A stretch of 64,000 nucleotides of DNA from a virus. Lineage: Duplodnaviria > Caudoviricetes. The DNA is taken from positions 1 through 64,000 of the IMG/VR virus record IMGVR_UViG_3300035502_000485; one strand, given 5' to 3'. The notes under the pieces were generated by a model. It saw nothing but the letters and a program-made list of their open reading frames with translations. It was not told the DNA's origin and did no database searches. Each line of letters begins with the position of its first letter. Within the stretch, counting starts at the first letter, position 1. Of the stretch, positions 49,248 through 58,960 are shown in pieces. The translations under genes were made by a program, and so were the position numbers.

Positions 49248-50735
49248 ATGAAATCAAGAATACGTGATAAATTATTTCCTAAGAAACAACAAAACAATGT
49301 GTCATTATTAAAACAAATTATATCAGGTACATTTTTCAGGATGTCAGATCTTAGAGGCGATACTGATTTAGCTGATATTCAAACACAAATTGACACAATG
49401 CGAGCACTTGCAGCTGATTCACAGATTAGCACAGCATTGTCTTATTATGCTACTGATGCTACTACAACAAATACAGCAGGTCAAATCATTTGGGCAACAG
49501 CCGATGATTCAGATCTTGCAGAGGTTATAAATGATCTATTTGATCGCTGGAATGTAAATGCATATGCACGAGATCATATTCTTGAATTAGCTACAATCGG
49601 TAATTTATATATTCCTACTACTGAAATGTATAAAACAGATACAACAAGTCGTCAATCTAAAATAGCATTAGATAATAATACTATTCCTAATAATGATTTT
49701 GACATCGTACCATCAACTAAAGTACCTCCAGAGGATATAATTCATTTATGGCATGAAGGGGAACCGGCAGGGTACATATATAAACCATCTCAAGATAATA
49801 TGCCTACTTGTATAAGCTATCCAGAGTCAGCTGTTATTCATTTTTCGTTGGGTGGATTACTCGGTGATTATACAATTGATGTACGAGATAACAATAATGA
49901 AGTTGAAACATATGATATTCAATTTGCTCAACCACTTATGGAACGTGCGGTTCAACCTACACAAACACTTAATTTACTTGAAGACGCAGTAATACTTTCA
50001 TCCTTATCTAAAGTAATAAGATTTGTAAGCGTAGATTGTGGTCAGGGTGTTGAAGATGAAGAAATACAAGATACACTCTTGCAGCTTAAAAATACTATTG
50101 AACAACAATTATCTATCAATACAAATAATGGGGATGTTCAAAGTTATGTAAATCCTCAAAGTCCTAATAATTTCATATTCTTGCCGAAGGTAAATGGTGC
50201 TGATCCTATATCTATTACAGATTTGAATATGCAAGAAAATGCAGACCAGAATTCAGCTATTCTTACATATTATCAAGATAAGAAATTATCAGTACTGGGT
50301 GTTCCAAAGGAAGCAATGAATTTTTCTAGTAATGAAGGTCTAGGTGGTGCAGGTTCTGTATTATCTCAAAGATCTGCATTGTATGCTAATTCTCTTCAAA
50401 GATTAGAAACAGCGTATATGGCTGGATGGAGAAAAGCATTGAATATATATTTTGAAGAACGAGGTTTCTCAGGATATGTAGATAAGTTTGATCTTCACAT
50501 GAATCCAATCATAACACAACAATCTACTATTCAATTTGAAAAACGTGATGCTGCATTAAGTCAAGCTACTACATTTGTTCAATTGCTTAAAGATGCAGGT
50601 GTTTCAAGTTCACAGGATTATGTTGAAGGTCTTGTTGAAATATTATCTGAAGTATTCCCACAAATGGGTGCAGATGTAAACAATTGGAAATTAGATCCTA
50701 CTGAGGGTGAAGGAGGTGGAATGGGTGAAATATAA
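49248..50735 (+). CDS. Portal protein (T4 gp20-like)
   Basis: DSQISTALSYYATDAT, LLEDAVIL, FIFLP, YYQDKKLSVLGVPK; downstream of TerL. Confidence 0.85.
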   Translation: MKSRIRDKLFPKKQQNNVSLLKQIISGTFFRMSDLRGDTDLADIQTQIDTMRALAADSQISTALSYYATDATTTNTAGQIIWATADDSDLAEVINDLFDRWNVNAYARDHILELATIGNLYIPTTEMYKTDTTSRQSKIALDNNTIPNNDFDIVPSTKVPPEDIIHLWHEGEPAGYIYKPSQDNMPTCISYPESAVIHFSLGGLLGDYTIDVRDNNNEVETYDIQFAQPLMERAVQPTQTLNLLEDAVILSSLSKVIRFVSVDCGQGVEDEEIQDTLLQLKNTIEQQLSINTNNGDVQSYVNPQSPNNFIFLPKVNGADPISITDLNMQENADQNSAILTYYQDKKLSVLGVPKEAMNFSSNEGLGGAGSVLSQRSALYANSLQRLETAYMAGWRKALNIYFEERGFSGYVDKFDLHMNPIITQQSTIQFEKRDAALSQATTFVQLLKDAGVSSSQDYVEGLVEILSEVFPQMGADVNNWKLDPTEGEGGGMGEI

Positions 50736-51099
50736 TCAACTTGAACTATCTCATCTATTCTTCAAAGAATTAAAACAATATAATACTACTAACTTTAGAA
50801 CATTACAAAATGCTGATTTATCTAAAGAAGATGCCATTGTGCATAAAGCATTTTCTAGTGTAGTTACAAGATTTTTTATATTTGTTGAAAAGCATCCAGA
50901 ATTATCATCTACAGACATCCGTATTCTTTATTTCAAACTAAAGATAGATATGATTGCTAGATATTTTTCTGAATACCCTGAGGTAGATATGGATCAATTA
51001 CGACCATTTCAAACTGAACTTAAAAATTATGTAAAAGATAGCAAATCATCTAGTATGTCTGTATGTGAGGTATCTAATAATGAATCAAAAACCGCTTAG
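50707..51099 (+). CDS. Hypothetical protein
   Basis: 130-aa ORF after portal. Confidence 0.6.
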   Translation: MKEVEWVKYNQLELSHLFFKELKQYNTTNFRTLQNADLSKEDAIVHKAFSSVVTRFFIFVEKHPELSSTDIRILYFKLKIDMIARYFSEYPEVDMDQLRPFQTELKNYVKDSKSSSMSVCEVSNNESKTA

Positions 51100-51700
51100 A
51101 TTTAAGATAAGTGATTGGCATCAATTATCTAAATGTCAGTCTAATAATAGTAGAAAACTTCATATATCTGTATCAGATTTTATCAATGATGAACGATTGA
51201 CTGGTATTCGCATATCAGTCAATCATGATGATTTTGGAGTGTTATTTGCTTGTATAATAAATGCACGAGGTAACATCATTGATGAATATGATAATAATGA
51301 TAACATCGTTATTGAATTTACACCTATTCAAATAATTAATGAGCTTGCTAAATATGGATTTTTAGTTGTTTATCAACCTAATAAAAATCTAACAGGCGAA
51401 CAAATTGATTACTTATTAACTTTAGATAAACTTAAATATGATAAAATTCGTATATTGAATGTATATCATTATGAACACGGCGTGCAGGTGTTTAAATGGT
51501 ATGTTGTAGGATTTAAAGTAGATAATAAGAAAGATTGGTTAAATAATGCATATTCTCCGTCTGATAAAGAATTCAAACAATCTTTAGTAGATGGAAGTGC
51601 TATTAATATATCTGCAATTAGCAAACAACATAGATGGAATTGGTCATGGTTATATGGATATGTTGCTAATATTTCAGATGTATTAGAAGACAATGCATGA
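51080..51700 (+). CDS. Hypothetical protein
   Basis: GAGGT RBS, ~206 aa. Confidence 0.65.
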   Translation: MNQKPLRFKISDWHQLSKCQSNNSRKLHISVSDFINDERLTGIRISVNHDDFGVLFACIINARGNIIDEYDNNDNIVIEFTPIQIINELAKYGFLVVYQPNKNLTGEQIDYLLTLDKLKYDKIRILNVYHYEHGVQVFKWYVVGFKVDNKKDWLNNAYSPSDKEFKQSLVDGSAINISAISKQHRWNWSWLYGYVANISDVLEDNA

Positions 51701-51726
51701 TACACAATTAACTGGAGGTATTACAT

Positions 51727-51999
51727 ATGAAACGAGTGATAAAATCATCTGACGATATTTCTACTGAAGTGTATACTATAGATTGGTATTGGTATCCTAA
51801 TGGTGTTGAGGGCGAATCGATGGAATGTGATTCCGAATCTATAGAGGGCGACTTTAAGACTGCATTGAATTGTTTAAGAGAGAAAAGCAATTCTGATGAA
51901 TTTGGTGGAATTCATTGGGCAGGTGGTTCGATTATAGATATCAATGGTAATTGTGTTTATGAAATCACTAGTGATTATGATGAATGGGACAACACCTGA
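51727..51999 (+). CDS. Acidic leader-family protein (MKRVIKSS)
   Basis: GGAGGT RBS; basic leader then acidic domain. Confidence 0.75.
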   Translation: MKRVIKSSDDISTEVYTIDWYWYPNGVEGESMECDSESIEGDFKTALNCLREKSNSDEFGGIHWAGGSIIDINGNCVYEITSDYDEWDNT

Positions 52000-52126
52000 T
52001 ACCTTATATTAGATATATGATTAAGAGGCGATAGTTATACGATACTCACTAAAATATTATCATAGAGATTTTAATGAAGTTGAAAAACGTGAGATTTGTA
52101 GAAGTTATAGAAGATGTGCTGATTAC

Positions 52127-52486
52127 ATGATACAAATAACTATACTTTCTGAATTATATGCCTGTGATGAAGATAGCATTAGATCTGTATTGAAAGAATA
52201 CGGTTTAATTGATATTAACGGAAATCCGACATCTAGGGCAGATCGTCATAATCCTGAAATTGAATATAAGATATCTACTGTTTCAATTCCAGATAGATTC
52301 AAATCTGAATGTAAATCTAAAAATTTTGAAACTAAAAGAATGAAATGGAATGCTGAAAATATTGATATATTGCAATCTATAAAATTGAATTCCAACACAT
52401 CTAAAGAAGCTATATCTAACATAGCAACTTATTTCAACATTACTTCAGGATGTGCAAAATCGGCATATTATAAATATACTATATAA
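52127..52486 (+). CDS. Hypothetical protein, possible C-terminal HTH
   Basis: IATYFNITSGCAKSAYYKY. Confidence 0.5.
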   Translation: MIQITILSELYACDEDSIRSVLKEYGLIDINGNPTSRADRHNPEIEYKISTVSIPDRFKSECKSKNFETKRMKWNAENIDILQSIKLNSNTSKEAISNIATYFNITSGCAKSAYYKYTI

Positions 52487-52509
52487 ACTAGGAGGAGGGT
52501 TATCAGATT

Positions 52510-53046
52510 ATGTCAGTTAATTTAATTGGTGAAGATATAAAATTAATGCGTAATAGATATGATGAAGCTCTTTCAATGCAAGGTATCCCTTGTAAATATC
52601 AATATCCAAATTTACCTACTTCGAACAGACAAGGTGAGTCACTAATTGACAGTTATTCAGAAATGGTGGATACTCATATATTTTTTGATGGATCACCAAA
52701 AGTTAAAACATATAAACGATATGGATGGGTAGTTGAAAATGATAAAGATCTACCATTTTTGATTCATTGCAGTTTTAACTTACCTAATTTACAAAAAGAT
52801 AGTTTATTTCATATATCAGGTCAATACACTGGTATGCCAGATAGAGTATTTAGAGTAACAGAATTGACTTGTGATCTTCAAGCTCCTGATCATATGATAG
52901 TCCAGGTAATACCTGTTTATAACAAACAGACAGTAGGTCGTACCGATAAAGAAGTTGAAAAAACATTCAATAAATCAAATCATTTCTTATCTGTACCTAC
53001 TGATTATCGTGGTAACTATACAAGTGAGCAGAAAGGAGAACAATGA
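52510..53046 (+). CDS. Probable head-completion/neck protein
   Basis: Position between portal and tail terminator; AGGAGG RBS. Confidence 0.55.
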   Translation: MSVNLIGEDIKLMRNRYDEALSMQGIPCKYQYPNLPTSNRQGESLIDSYSEMVDTHIFFDGSPKVKTYKRYGWVVENDKDLPFLIHCSFNLPNLQKDSLFHISGQYTGMPDRVFRVTELTCDLQAPDHMIVQVIPVYNKQTVGRTDKEVEKTFNKSNHFLSVPTDYRGNYTSEQKGEQ

Positions 53047-53687
53047 TGCTTTATTTATATGACAAAGCAATTTGTGATGATCTACTACACTCGTTCAATC
53101 CAGATAATGTAGAAAATCCTGCAGTTAGAGTAATTGATCCAGAACACATAGTTGAACTAGTTGCTCAAATTCAAGAAGATCAAGTATCATTTCCAATTGT
53201 AGCATTGACCCGAAGTCCTGATACTCCTATAGATACAGCACGAGCTAATTTTACTCGTATGCATAAGGGTGTATTATCTACAATAGATCCAGTTACTAAT
53301 GAATTATATTATGAAAAAGTAATTCCTATTAAACTCAGTTATAAATTAACTGTGCTTACAACTAATACTGCTGATATGGATGAAATGATTAGAGAATTAC
53401 TATTCAAATATATTTCAATGTATTTTTTAACAATTACATTACCTTATGAATGTAAACGAAAAGTTAGATTTGGTGTCACCGTAGATGCTGATAATATTGA
53501 ACGCAGTTCAAGTTCTGCCGAATACCTAGAATCTGGTCAACTTTATCAATCTATAATACCATTAAATTGTGAGGGGTGTGTATTAGCTTCTTATACACCT
53601 GCTAAATTAAGAAGACTTGATTATGAAATTGAACAGGATACAAAAGGGTATGAAACCTTATATAATAACAGAGACGAGAAGGAGTGA
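53043..53687 (+). CDS. Probable tail terminator/sheath stabiliser (gp15-like)
   Basis: FPIVALTR, IPIKLSYKL...DMDEMIRE pattern; upstream of sheath. Confidence 0.6.
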   Translation: MMLYLYDKAICDDLLHSFNPDNVENPAVRVIDPEHIVELVAQIQEDQVSFPIVALTRSPDTPIDTARANFTRMHKGVLSTIDPVTNELYYEKVIPIKLSYKLTVLTTNTADMDEMIRELLFKYISMYFLTITLPYECKRKVRFGVTVDADNIERSSSSAEYLESGQLYQSIIPLNCEGCVLASYTPAKLRRLDYEIEQDTKGYETLYNNRDEKE

Positions 53688-53986
53688 TATATTTGATTTA
53701 TAAAAATATAACATTCGCCACAAAAACTTTTTATGGTGTCGAATTTAAACCTGGTGAGATTCACCACGTGCCTGGATATATAAATGATTCAGGTATGATG
53801 AAAATAGATGAAGATATCAAATCTATTGATAATAATACAACTACAAAACAGGAACCTCCTAAAACAAATTCATCTAATACATCAGTTAAGAAATCTCAGC
53901 AGAATAAATCCCAATCGTCAAATACAAAAGAAAATGAAAACATTAAACAGGAGGTAACACCTAATGGCACAGATAGTAATAAATGA
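53684..53986 (+). CDS. Small late protein with low-complexity tail
   Basis: Late motif 53654; AAGGAG RBS. Confidence 0.65.
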   Translation: MIYLIYKNITFATKTFYGVEFKPGEIHHVPGYINDSGMMKIDEDIKSIDNNTTTKQEPPKTNSSNTSVKKSQQNKSQSSNTKENENIKQEVTPNGTDSNK

Positions 53987-55973
53987 AATAAGCCAGAATT
54001 ATACATATAATACTGGTAACAATTCATTTGCCACTGTAGCATTGCCTATCACTGCTTCTTGGGGACCTGCATTTGTAGACTACAAAACTAAGGGTGCTCA
54101 ATATCAAAGTGTAGATGATGTATTAGAAGAAACAGCTTGGCAAAGATTTCCATCTACTAGAGTAGGTCTTGAGTCATTTGTATCTACTTATAGAGGTCCT
54201 GCAGCTAATTATCGTTTAGCTAAGGATTACTCATATCAGATGGCAATGACCTTGATTACTGCTGGTTATGATGTATTAGTATGCAGATTATGTCCAGGTA
54301 GTCAAGCAAGTGGAAGTTTCAAACTAACAGATAGCAAAATTGAAAGTACTGGTACACTCAACATCACAGCAAAGTATCCTGGTACATTTGGAAACAATTT
54401 AAGAGTTAAATTATCACCATCTTCTAGAGCTCAAAAGAATTCAGACACAGGTGAATATTTTAATTATTGGAATCTTACAACATATGTAGTAGATTCGTCC
54501 GGAGTTCAAACTGCCGCTGAAACACTTACATTTGTATTAGATATAAATAATTCTAATGATACTATTTTACATATAAGTGAGCTTGAGTCTGATTTCCTTG
54601 AAATAACTGTTGATAATAGTACTGAATTGTATGATAATACATTTACATATGATAAAGATTCTAATAAAAAAATATATTCACATAGTCTTAAATTTGAAGA
54701 AAATGAGGAAGACTCAAATCTAACTATAGACAGCACAGGAACAATTGGATACAGAATGTTATCAGGAGGTACTGATAAAGCAGATACAGAAGATGATACA
54801 TCAGAAAAATTACTTGCATCTGCATTGAGTATTGCAACAGAAAGATATACACAAGCAGGTATACTTACAGATAAAGATAAAACTTGCGATTATATCGATG
54901 TTTTAACTCAGAGATCTAAGGCAAAATGCGATAAAGCAACAGCATCTACAATTAGATATAATGAATGGTTATATACTTCAGCATATTATGTATATGAGCT
55001 TTTGAAAGATAAATTATCTTATAGTCCTCAACGAATCATCAGCCCAGGTTGGGATGACCAGAATATTTCTAGTATTTCAGGTACAGATCTTGGAAAAGAT
55101 GAAAAACTTGCAAACCTATCTCCATTACATATTAAGTTAATGGAAGTTGCATATTATAGCAGATGTGCTACAGCACTCTTAGATATTCCTAGATGTTTAA
55201 ATCGTGGTGGAGTATATAATGATGATAGCGGAACGGATGAGGGTTATGCTCAGAAGCTTTCAAGATATTCTGCATCTAATTCAGATTTTGATGTAAATGG
55301 TACATTATATTCAACCCATTCAGCATTATTTGCACCTTGGGGTAAATATACATATGTAGGTACATCTAAACAAAATGACGCACCTCCATCATTTTTAGCA
55401 TTATTGATTCAAAGAGCAATGCTTTTAAATCAATCTACTAGATATGAATGGTTACTTCCAGATAATAGACAACATAGTCTTAAAATCGGAAAACTTGATT
55501 ACAAAGTACCTAAACATATATTAGATGAGTGGCAAACTCTCGAAGGTGTAGGTGTAAATGTAATTACACAAATTCCAGATCTTGGTGTTAACTTGTGGGG
55601 TAACTCAACATTATATGAAGTACCACCTGCAACTTATCAAGCACTTGCAAATCTTTCAACTAGATATCTTGTAAATGCGGTAGAAAATATTGCTTATAAA
55701 TGCGGAATTTCTATCACATTCCAATATAACAATGAACAAGCATACAATAAATTCTATGCAGGTGTAACACCTACATTAGACACAATGAAAAATGTAGGTG
55801 CTATCGATGATTATTATGTCAGAATGTCATCTGATATAAATGGTTTGGATCAAGTTAATGCAAATACAGTTATTGGTAAAATTTATCTTGTTATAGATGG
55901 CGTAATAAATGATATCTACATTGACCTCATTGCATTACCACCTGGAACAGATCTAGAAGATTACAAATCATAA
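53964..55973 (+). CDS. Tail sheath protein
   Basis: WGP, AKYPGTFGN.LRV, LSGGTD, ALLDIP, APW, PPS, GVNVI..WGNSTL, RYL, GAIDDY. Confidence 0.92.
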   Translation: MAQIVINEISQNYTYNTGNNSFATVALPITASWGPAFVDYKTKGAQYQSVDDVLEETAWQRFPSTRVGLESFVSTYRGPAANYRLAKDYSYQMAMTLITAGYDVLVCRLCPGSQASGSFKLTDSKIESTGTLNITAKYPGTFGNNLRVKLSPSSRAQKNSDTGEYFNYWNLTTYVVDSSGVQTAAETLTFVLDINNSNDTILHISELESDFLEITVDNSTELYDNTFTYDKDSNKKIYSHSLKFEENEEDSNLTIDSTGTIGYRMLSGGTDKADTEDDTSEKLLASALSIATERYTQAGILTDKDKTCDYIDVLTQRSKAKCDKATASTIRYNEWLYTSAYYVYELLKDKLSYSPQRIISPGWDDQNISSISGTDLGKDEKLANLSPLHIKLMEVAYYSRCATALLDIPRCLNRGGVYNDDSGTDEGYAQKLSRYSASNSDFDVNGTLYSTHSALFAPWGKYTYVGTSKQNDAPPSFLALLIQRAMLLNQSTRYEWLLPDNRQHSLKIGKLDYKVPKHILDEWQTLEGVGVNVITQIPDLGVNLWGNSTLYEVPPATYQALANLSTRYLVNAVENIAYKCGISITFQYNNEQAYNKFYAGVTPTLDTMKNVGAIDDYYVRMSSDINGLDQVNANTVIGKIYLVIDGVINDIYIDLIALPPGTDLEDYKS

Positions 55974-56005
55974 TCAATTTAGTATAGTTCTATTCTCCAA
56001 TAGTT

Positions 56006-56057
56006 AAACAACCTATCTACATTACTTATTATCTAAGTAATTAGGTAGGTTGTTTTT
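56006..56057 (+). terminator. Intrinsic terminator after sheath gene
   Basis: aaacaacctatcta ... taggtaggttgttt followed by T-rich tract. Confidence 0.7.
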
Positions 56058-56146
56058 ATTTTGTATTAATATCCTTAAAATCGTTATATAATAATGTAAG
56101 AGATGGTACAACCATTTAATTTGTAAGTATTGGAGGAAATTATATT

Positions 56147-56641
56147 ATGAAAGTAGAATTACAAAATCATTTTAGTTGGTTAGCAAATAAACTTGCAGAA
56201 TGTGTTTCTTATGATTGGAATAGCGAAACAATACAAAGGTCTGTAGAAGAGTCATTTGATACATTTTATAAATCTCTTAAGAAAGACAGCAATCAGCATT
56301 TAGTAGATATCAAAAGTCTTACTATTGAGCAAGCTAAAGAAATGAGATTTAGTAGATGGTGTAGTGATGATGTCGATGAAGAAATTGCTGATTTAAAATC
56401 ATCTGAAGAATACAAAGCTGATCCTGATAAATATAAGGATAAAATTGAACAGCTCAATGATACTAAAAATCTATTTCTTATTCCATTATGGTTTGTACCT
56501 TTATTACCACAAGGCATAGAATTGACTTGTATTGATGGTAGTAAAATTATATTCAACAAAAAAGATGATATTGATTTAGATACTCGTTGTGGTTGTATTG
56601 CATATGGTATACATTTTAATTCTGGTGATAACAATGCATAA
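56147..56641 (+). CDS. Hypothetical protein
   Basis: GGAGG RBS; middle motif 56079; DLDTRCGCIAYG motif. Confidence 0.75.
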   Translation: MKVELQNHFSWLANKLAECVSYDWNSETIQRSVEESFDTFYKSLKKDSNQHLVDIKSLTIEQAKEMRFSRWCSDDVDEEIADLKSSEEYKADPDKYKDKIEQLNDTKNLFLIPLWFVPLLPQGIELTCIDGSKIIFNKKDDIDLDTRCGCIAYGIHFNSGDNNA

Positions 56642-56722
56642 TATAGATAAGATATTAACTGCAATAGCAATAATATGTATGATAGTTGTAATTTCGATAG
56701 GTATAGGTACGGTGATAAAGTA

Positions 56723-57130
56723 ATGGCAAAATCATATAAAGATAAATATAATGCGCCCTTTCCTACAAGATTTAGAGAATTAATGGGGGAAATGAAACAA
56801 CAGGACCTCGCCAATGAATTAGGTGTTAAAAGGCAAACCATTTCTAATTATTATCACGGTAAAGCTCATCCTGATTTTTGCACTTTAGTTAAAATAGCCG
56901 AATATTTTAACGTAAGTACCGATTATCTCACAGGAAAATCTAAAGTTAAAACAGATGATATTACGCTTCAACAAGTGTGTGAATATACTAGGCTATCTGA
57001 AAATATATGTGCTATATTAAATAGTATAAATGAAGATGATAAATTAATCAAGGTCATATCTGATATGATTAGGTCATTGAAAGAATTAGATGAGGATTAT
57101 AAATACAATAATGAGGAAAAGAAGATTTAA
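56723..57130 (+). CDS. XRE-family HTH regulator
   Basis: QQDLANELGVKRQTISNY...LVKIAEYFNVSTDYL. Confidence 0.9.
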   Translation: MAKSYKDKYNAPFPTRFRELMGEMKQQDLANELGVKRQTISNYYHGKAHPDFCTLVKIAEYFNVSTDYLTGKSKVKTDDITLQQVCEYTRLSENICAILNSINEDDKLIKVISDMIRSLKELDEDYKYNNEEKKI

Positions 57131-57161
57131 TTCCTAATTACATTATTAGAGGTAATGAATT

Positions 57162-57545
57162 ATGCAGAAAACTATAGTATTTGATTTTGATGGGGTAGTT
57201 CATATGTATGGAAATGGTTGGCAAGATGGTTCAATATATGACGATCCTAATGAAGAAGTTGTAGAAACTATAAATGAGTTATTAAAAACAAAGGACAGAA
57301 ATGTTGTTATCATGTCTACTAGAGATCCACAACAAATTGTTGATTGGGTCAACGAAAGAGATTTATTTCCTGTAGAAGCTATGTCGTTCGAACTGCAATT
57401 TTGGAATAAATCTAACACTGTAGGTGTAACTAATAGAAAAGTACCTGCAATGGTTTATATTGATGACAGAGGGTTGCATTTTAATCCATTTTATCATTCT
57501 ACTTCAGATAAATTATTGAATGAAATCAATTATATGCTTAAATAG
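57162..57545 (+). CDS. HAD-superfamily phosphatase
   Basis: VFDFDGV, MSTR, K.PA..YIDDR. Confidence 0.85.
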   Translation: MQKTIVFDFDGVVHMYGNGWQDGSIYDDPNEEVVETINELLKTKDRNVVIMSTRDPQQIVDWVNERDLFPVEAMSFELQFWNKSNTVGVTNRKVPAMVYIDDRGLHFNPFYHSTSDKLLNEINYMLK

Positions 57546-57560
57546 TTGAAATCTTTAAAG

Positions 57561-57610
57561 ATTAATAAACTATTAATAAAGTTGAATTTTCTGAAATATG
57601 GTTATATAAT
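57561..57610 (+). promoter_or_regulatory. SigmaA promoter with upstream ATTAATAAACTATTAAT box
   Basis: Box 57561-57577; TTGAAT 57582-57587, 17 nt, TATAAT 57605-57610. Confidence 0.8.
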
Positions 57611-57642
57611 ATAAATACATCAATAAATAAAGGAGATTTATC

Positions 57643-58071
57643 ATGTTGAAAGCATTTTATTTTACTTACGGTTCAGAAGGATACGACTTTGAGGGTGGTT
57701 GGACATTAATATATGCCCAAGATTTAGATGCAGCTATTGGGGCATTTAGGATTTATCATCCTAATAGATCAGGTAATGAATGTTTAATGTGTGCTAGTTT
57801 TTATTCTGAAGCAGAATTTAAGAAAACTAATATGTATAACAAAGGCAATCTTGGTGCAAGATGTCATGAAGTAATTACATTAAAGCGAGCTTTACCAGAT
57901 GACAAATGTGAAGACTCTAATCAAATAGATACAGATAGACCATATTCTGTTCATAGAGGTATTAATATTTTCTTCGATGGAAATGAATATTATATCTTGG
58001 GTAGAGATACAATAAAAAGCGATAATATTGACGATATATGTATTTGTATTGATGAAATGTTAGATTATTAA
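57643..58071 (+). CDS. Hypothetical early protein
   Basis: AAGGAG RBS; FYFTYGS...GGW motif. Confidence 0.7.
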   Translation: MLKAFYFTYGSEGYDFEGGWTLIYAQDLDAAIGAFRIYHPNRSGNECLMCASFYSEAEFKKTNMYNKGNLGARCHEVITLKRALPDDKCEDSNQIDTDRPYSVHRGINIFFDGNEYYILGRDTIKSDNIDDICICIDEMLDY

Positions 58072-58112
58072 CCTTTTATAATTTCAATAACATTAATACA
58101 AGGAGTTATATT

Positions 58113-58178
58113 ATGAATAAAGTATTTAAGCCTAGTGCAGCTGCAAAACAAAGAAAGATACAAGCTTCTAGGTCATAA
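58113..58178 (+). CDS. 21-aa leader-only peptide MNKVFKPSAAAKQRKIQASRS
   Basis: Late motif 58070, AAGGAG RBS; paralogous to the N-terminus of 61374..61793. Confidence 0.6.
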   Translation: MNKVFKPSAAAKQRKIQASRS

Positions 58179-58192
58179 ACGGAGGTATTAAT

Positions 58193-58833
58193 ATGAAAGA
58201 GTAATTAAAGCAGCATCGGACAATTCTGATTTTGTAATAGAAGACAATGTTTTGACGAAATACAACGGACCTGGTGGTGATGTTGTAATTCCTAACAATG
58301 TAACAAGCATTGGTGAAGGTGCATTTGCACATTGCAATAGTTTAACAGAAATAACAATACCTGATAGTGTAACAAGTATTGATTATTGTGCATTTTCTGG
58401 GTGTAAAAGTTTAGAAAGCATAACAATACCTGATAGCGTAGAATTAAGTAAAGATGTGTTTAAGGCTACACCTTTAGAAAATAAATTCAATCATGATAAT
58501 TATTCTGACAATTATGATGATGACGATTATGACGATGACTACATGACAATTGAAGAATGGCATAATTCAGATGAGTATCTGGATCAGGAAATTGAATTTG
58601 TTGATAAATTAGTAGAATTACTTGAAAAAGAATATTCAGGTTGTGACGTATTTGACGAACCATCAGTACAAGGTATGATGGGTTCAGATTTTATCACAAT
58701 AACATTTGCCGATGGCAACGAACAAACATTTGAATTCGATTACAGAGATGAATGTGAAACAATATTCACAGAAGGTCCAGAAGAAGCTGCAAAATACTAT
58801 TTCAATCAGATCAAATCAGAAATTGAGGGATGA
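58193..58833 (+). CDS. Leader-family protein with BspA-type leucine-rich repeats and acidic C-terminal domain; frameshifted after codon 2
   Basis: GGAGGT RBS then ATGAAAGAGTAA; one extra A gives [24 protein letters not shown]; IPDSVTSI...AF..C.SL repeats. Confidence 0.7.
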
Positions 58834-58907
58834 TGGTATGAAACAATTAATATCATCAGTAGATAATCATTTATAATTTATTAACAAGACGGAACGTGTT
58901 GTAATTG

Positions 58908-58956
58908 CTTGCGAGGCGTACAACTTATAGGCAATCTCTTCGGAGGTTGTCTTTTA
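58908..58956. terminator. Hairpins/terminator between convergent genes
   Basis: gcaatctc-ttcg-gaggttgt stem with UUCG loop followed by ctttt. Confidence 0.6.
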
Positions 58957-58960
58957 TTAT

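Noticed and set aside
52000-52010. Late promoter copy TACCTTATATT
   Set aside because: Two deviations from the consensus and no RBS-linked ORF at the usual distance
56293-56841. 182-aa minus-strand ORF and the other short antisense/alternate-frame ORFs in the track (e.g. 3760-4092, 41318-41665, 13900-14133)
   Set aside because: Shadow ORFs overlapping well-supported genes, lacking RBS and recognisable motifs
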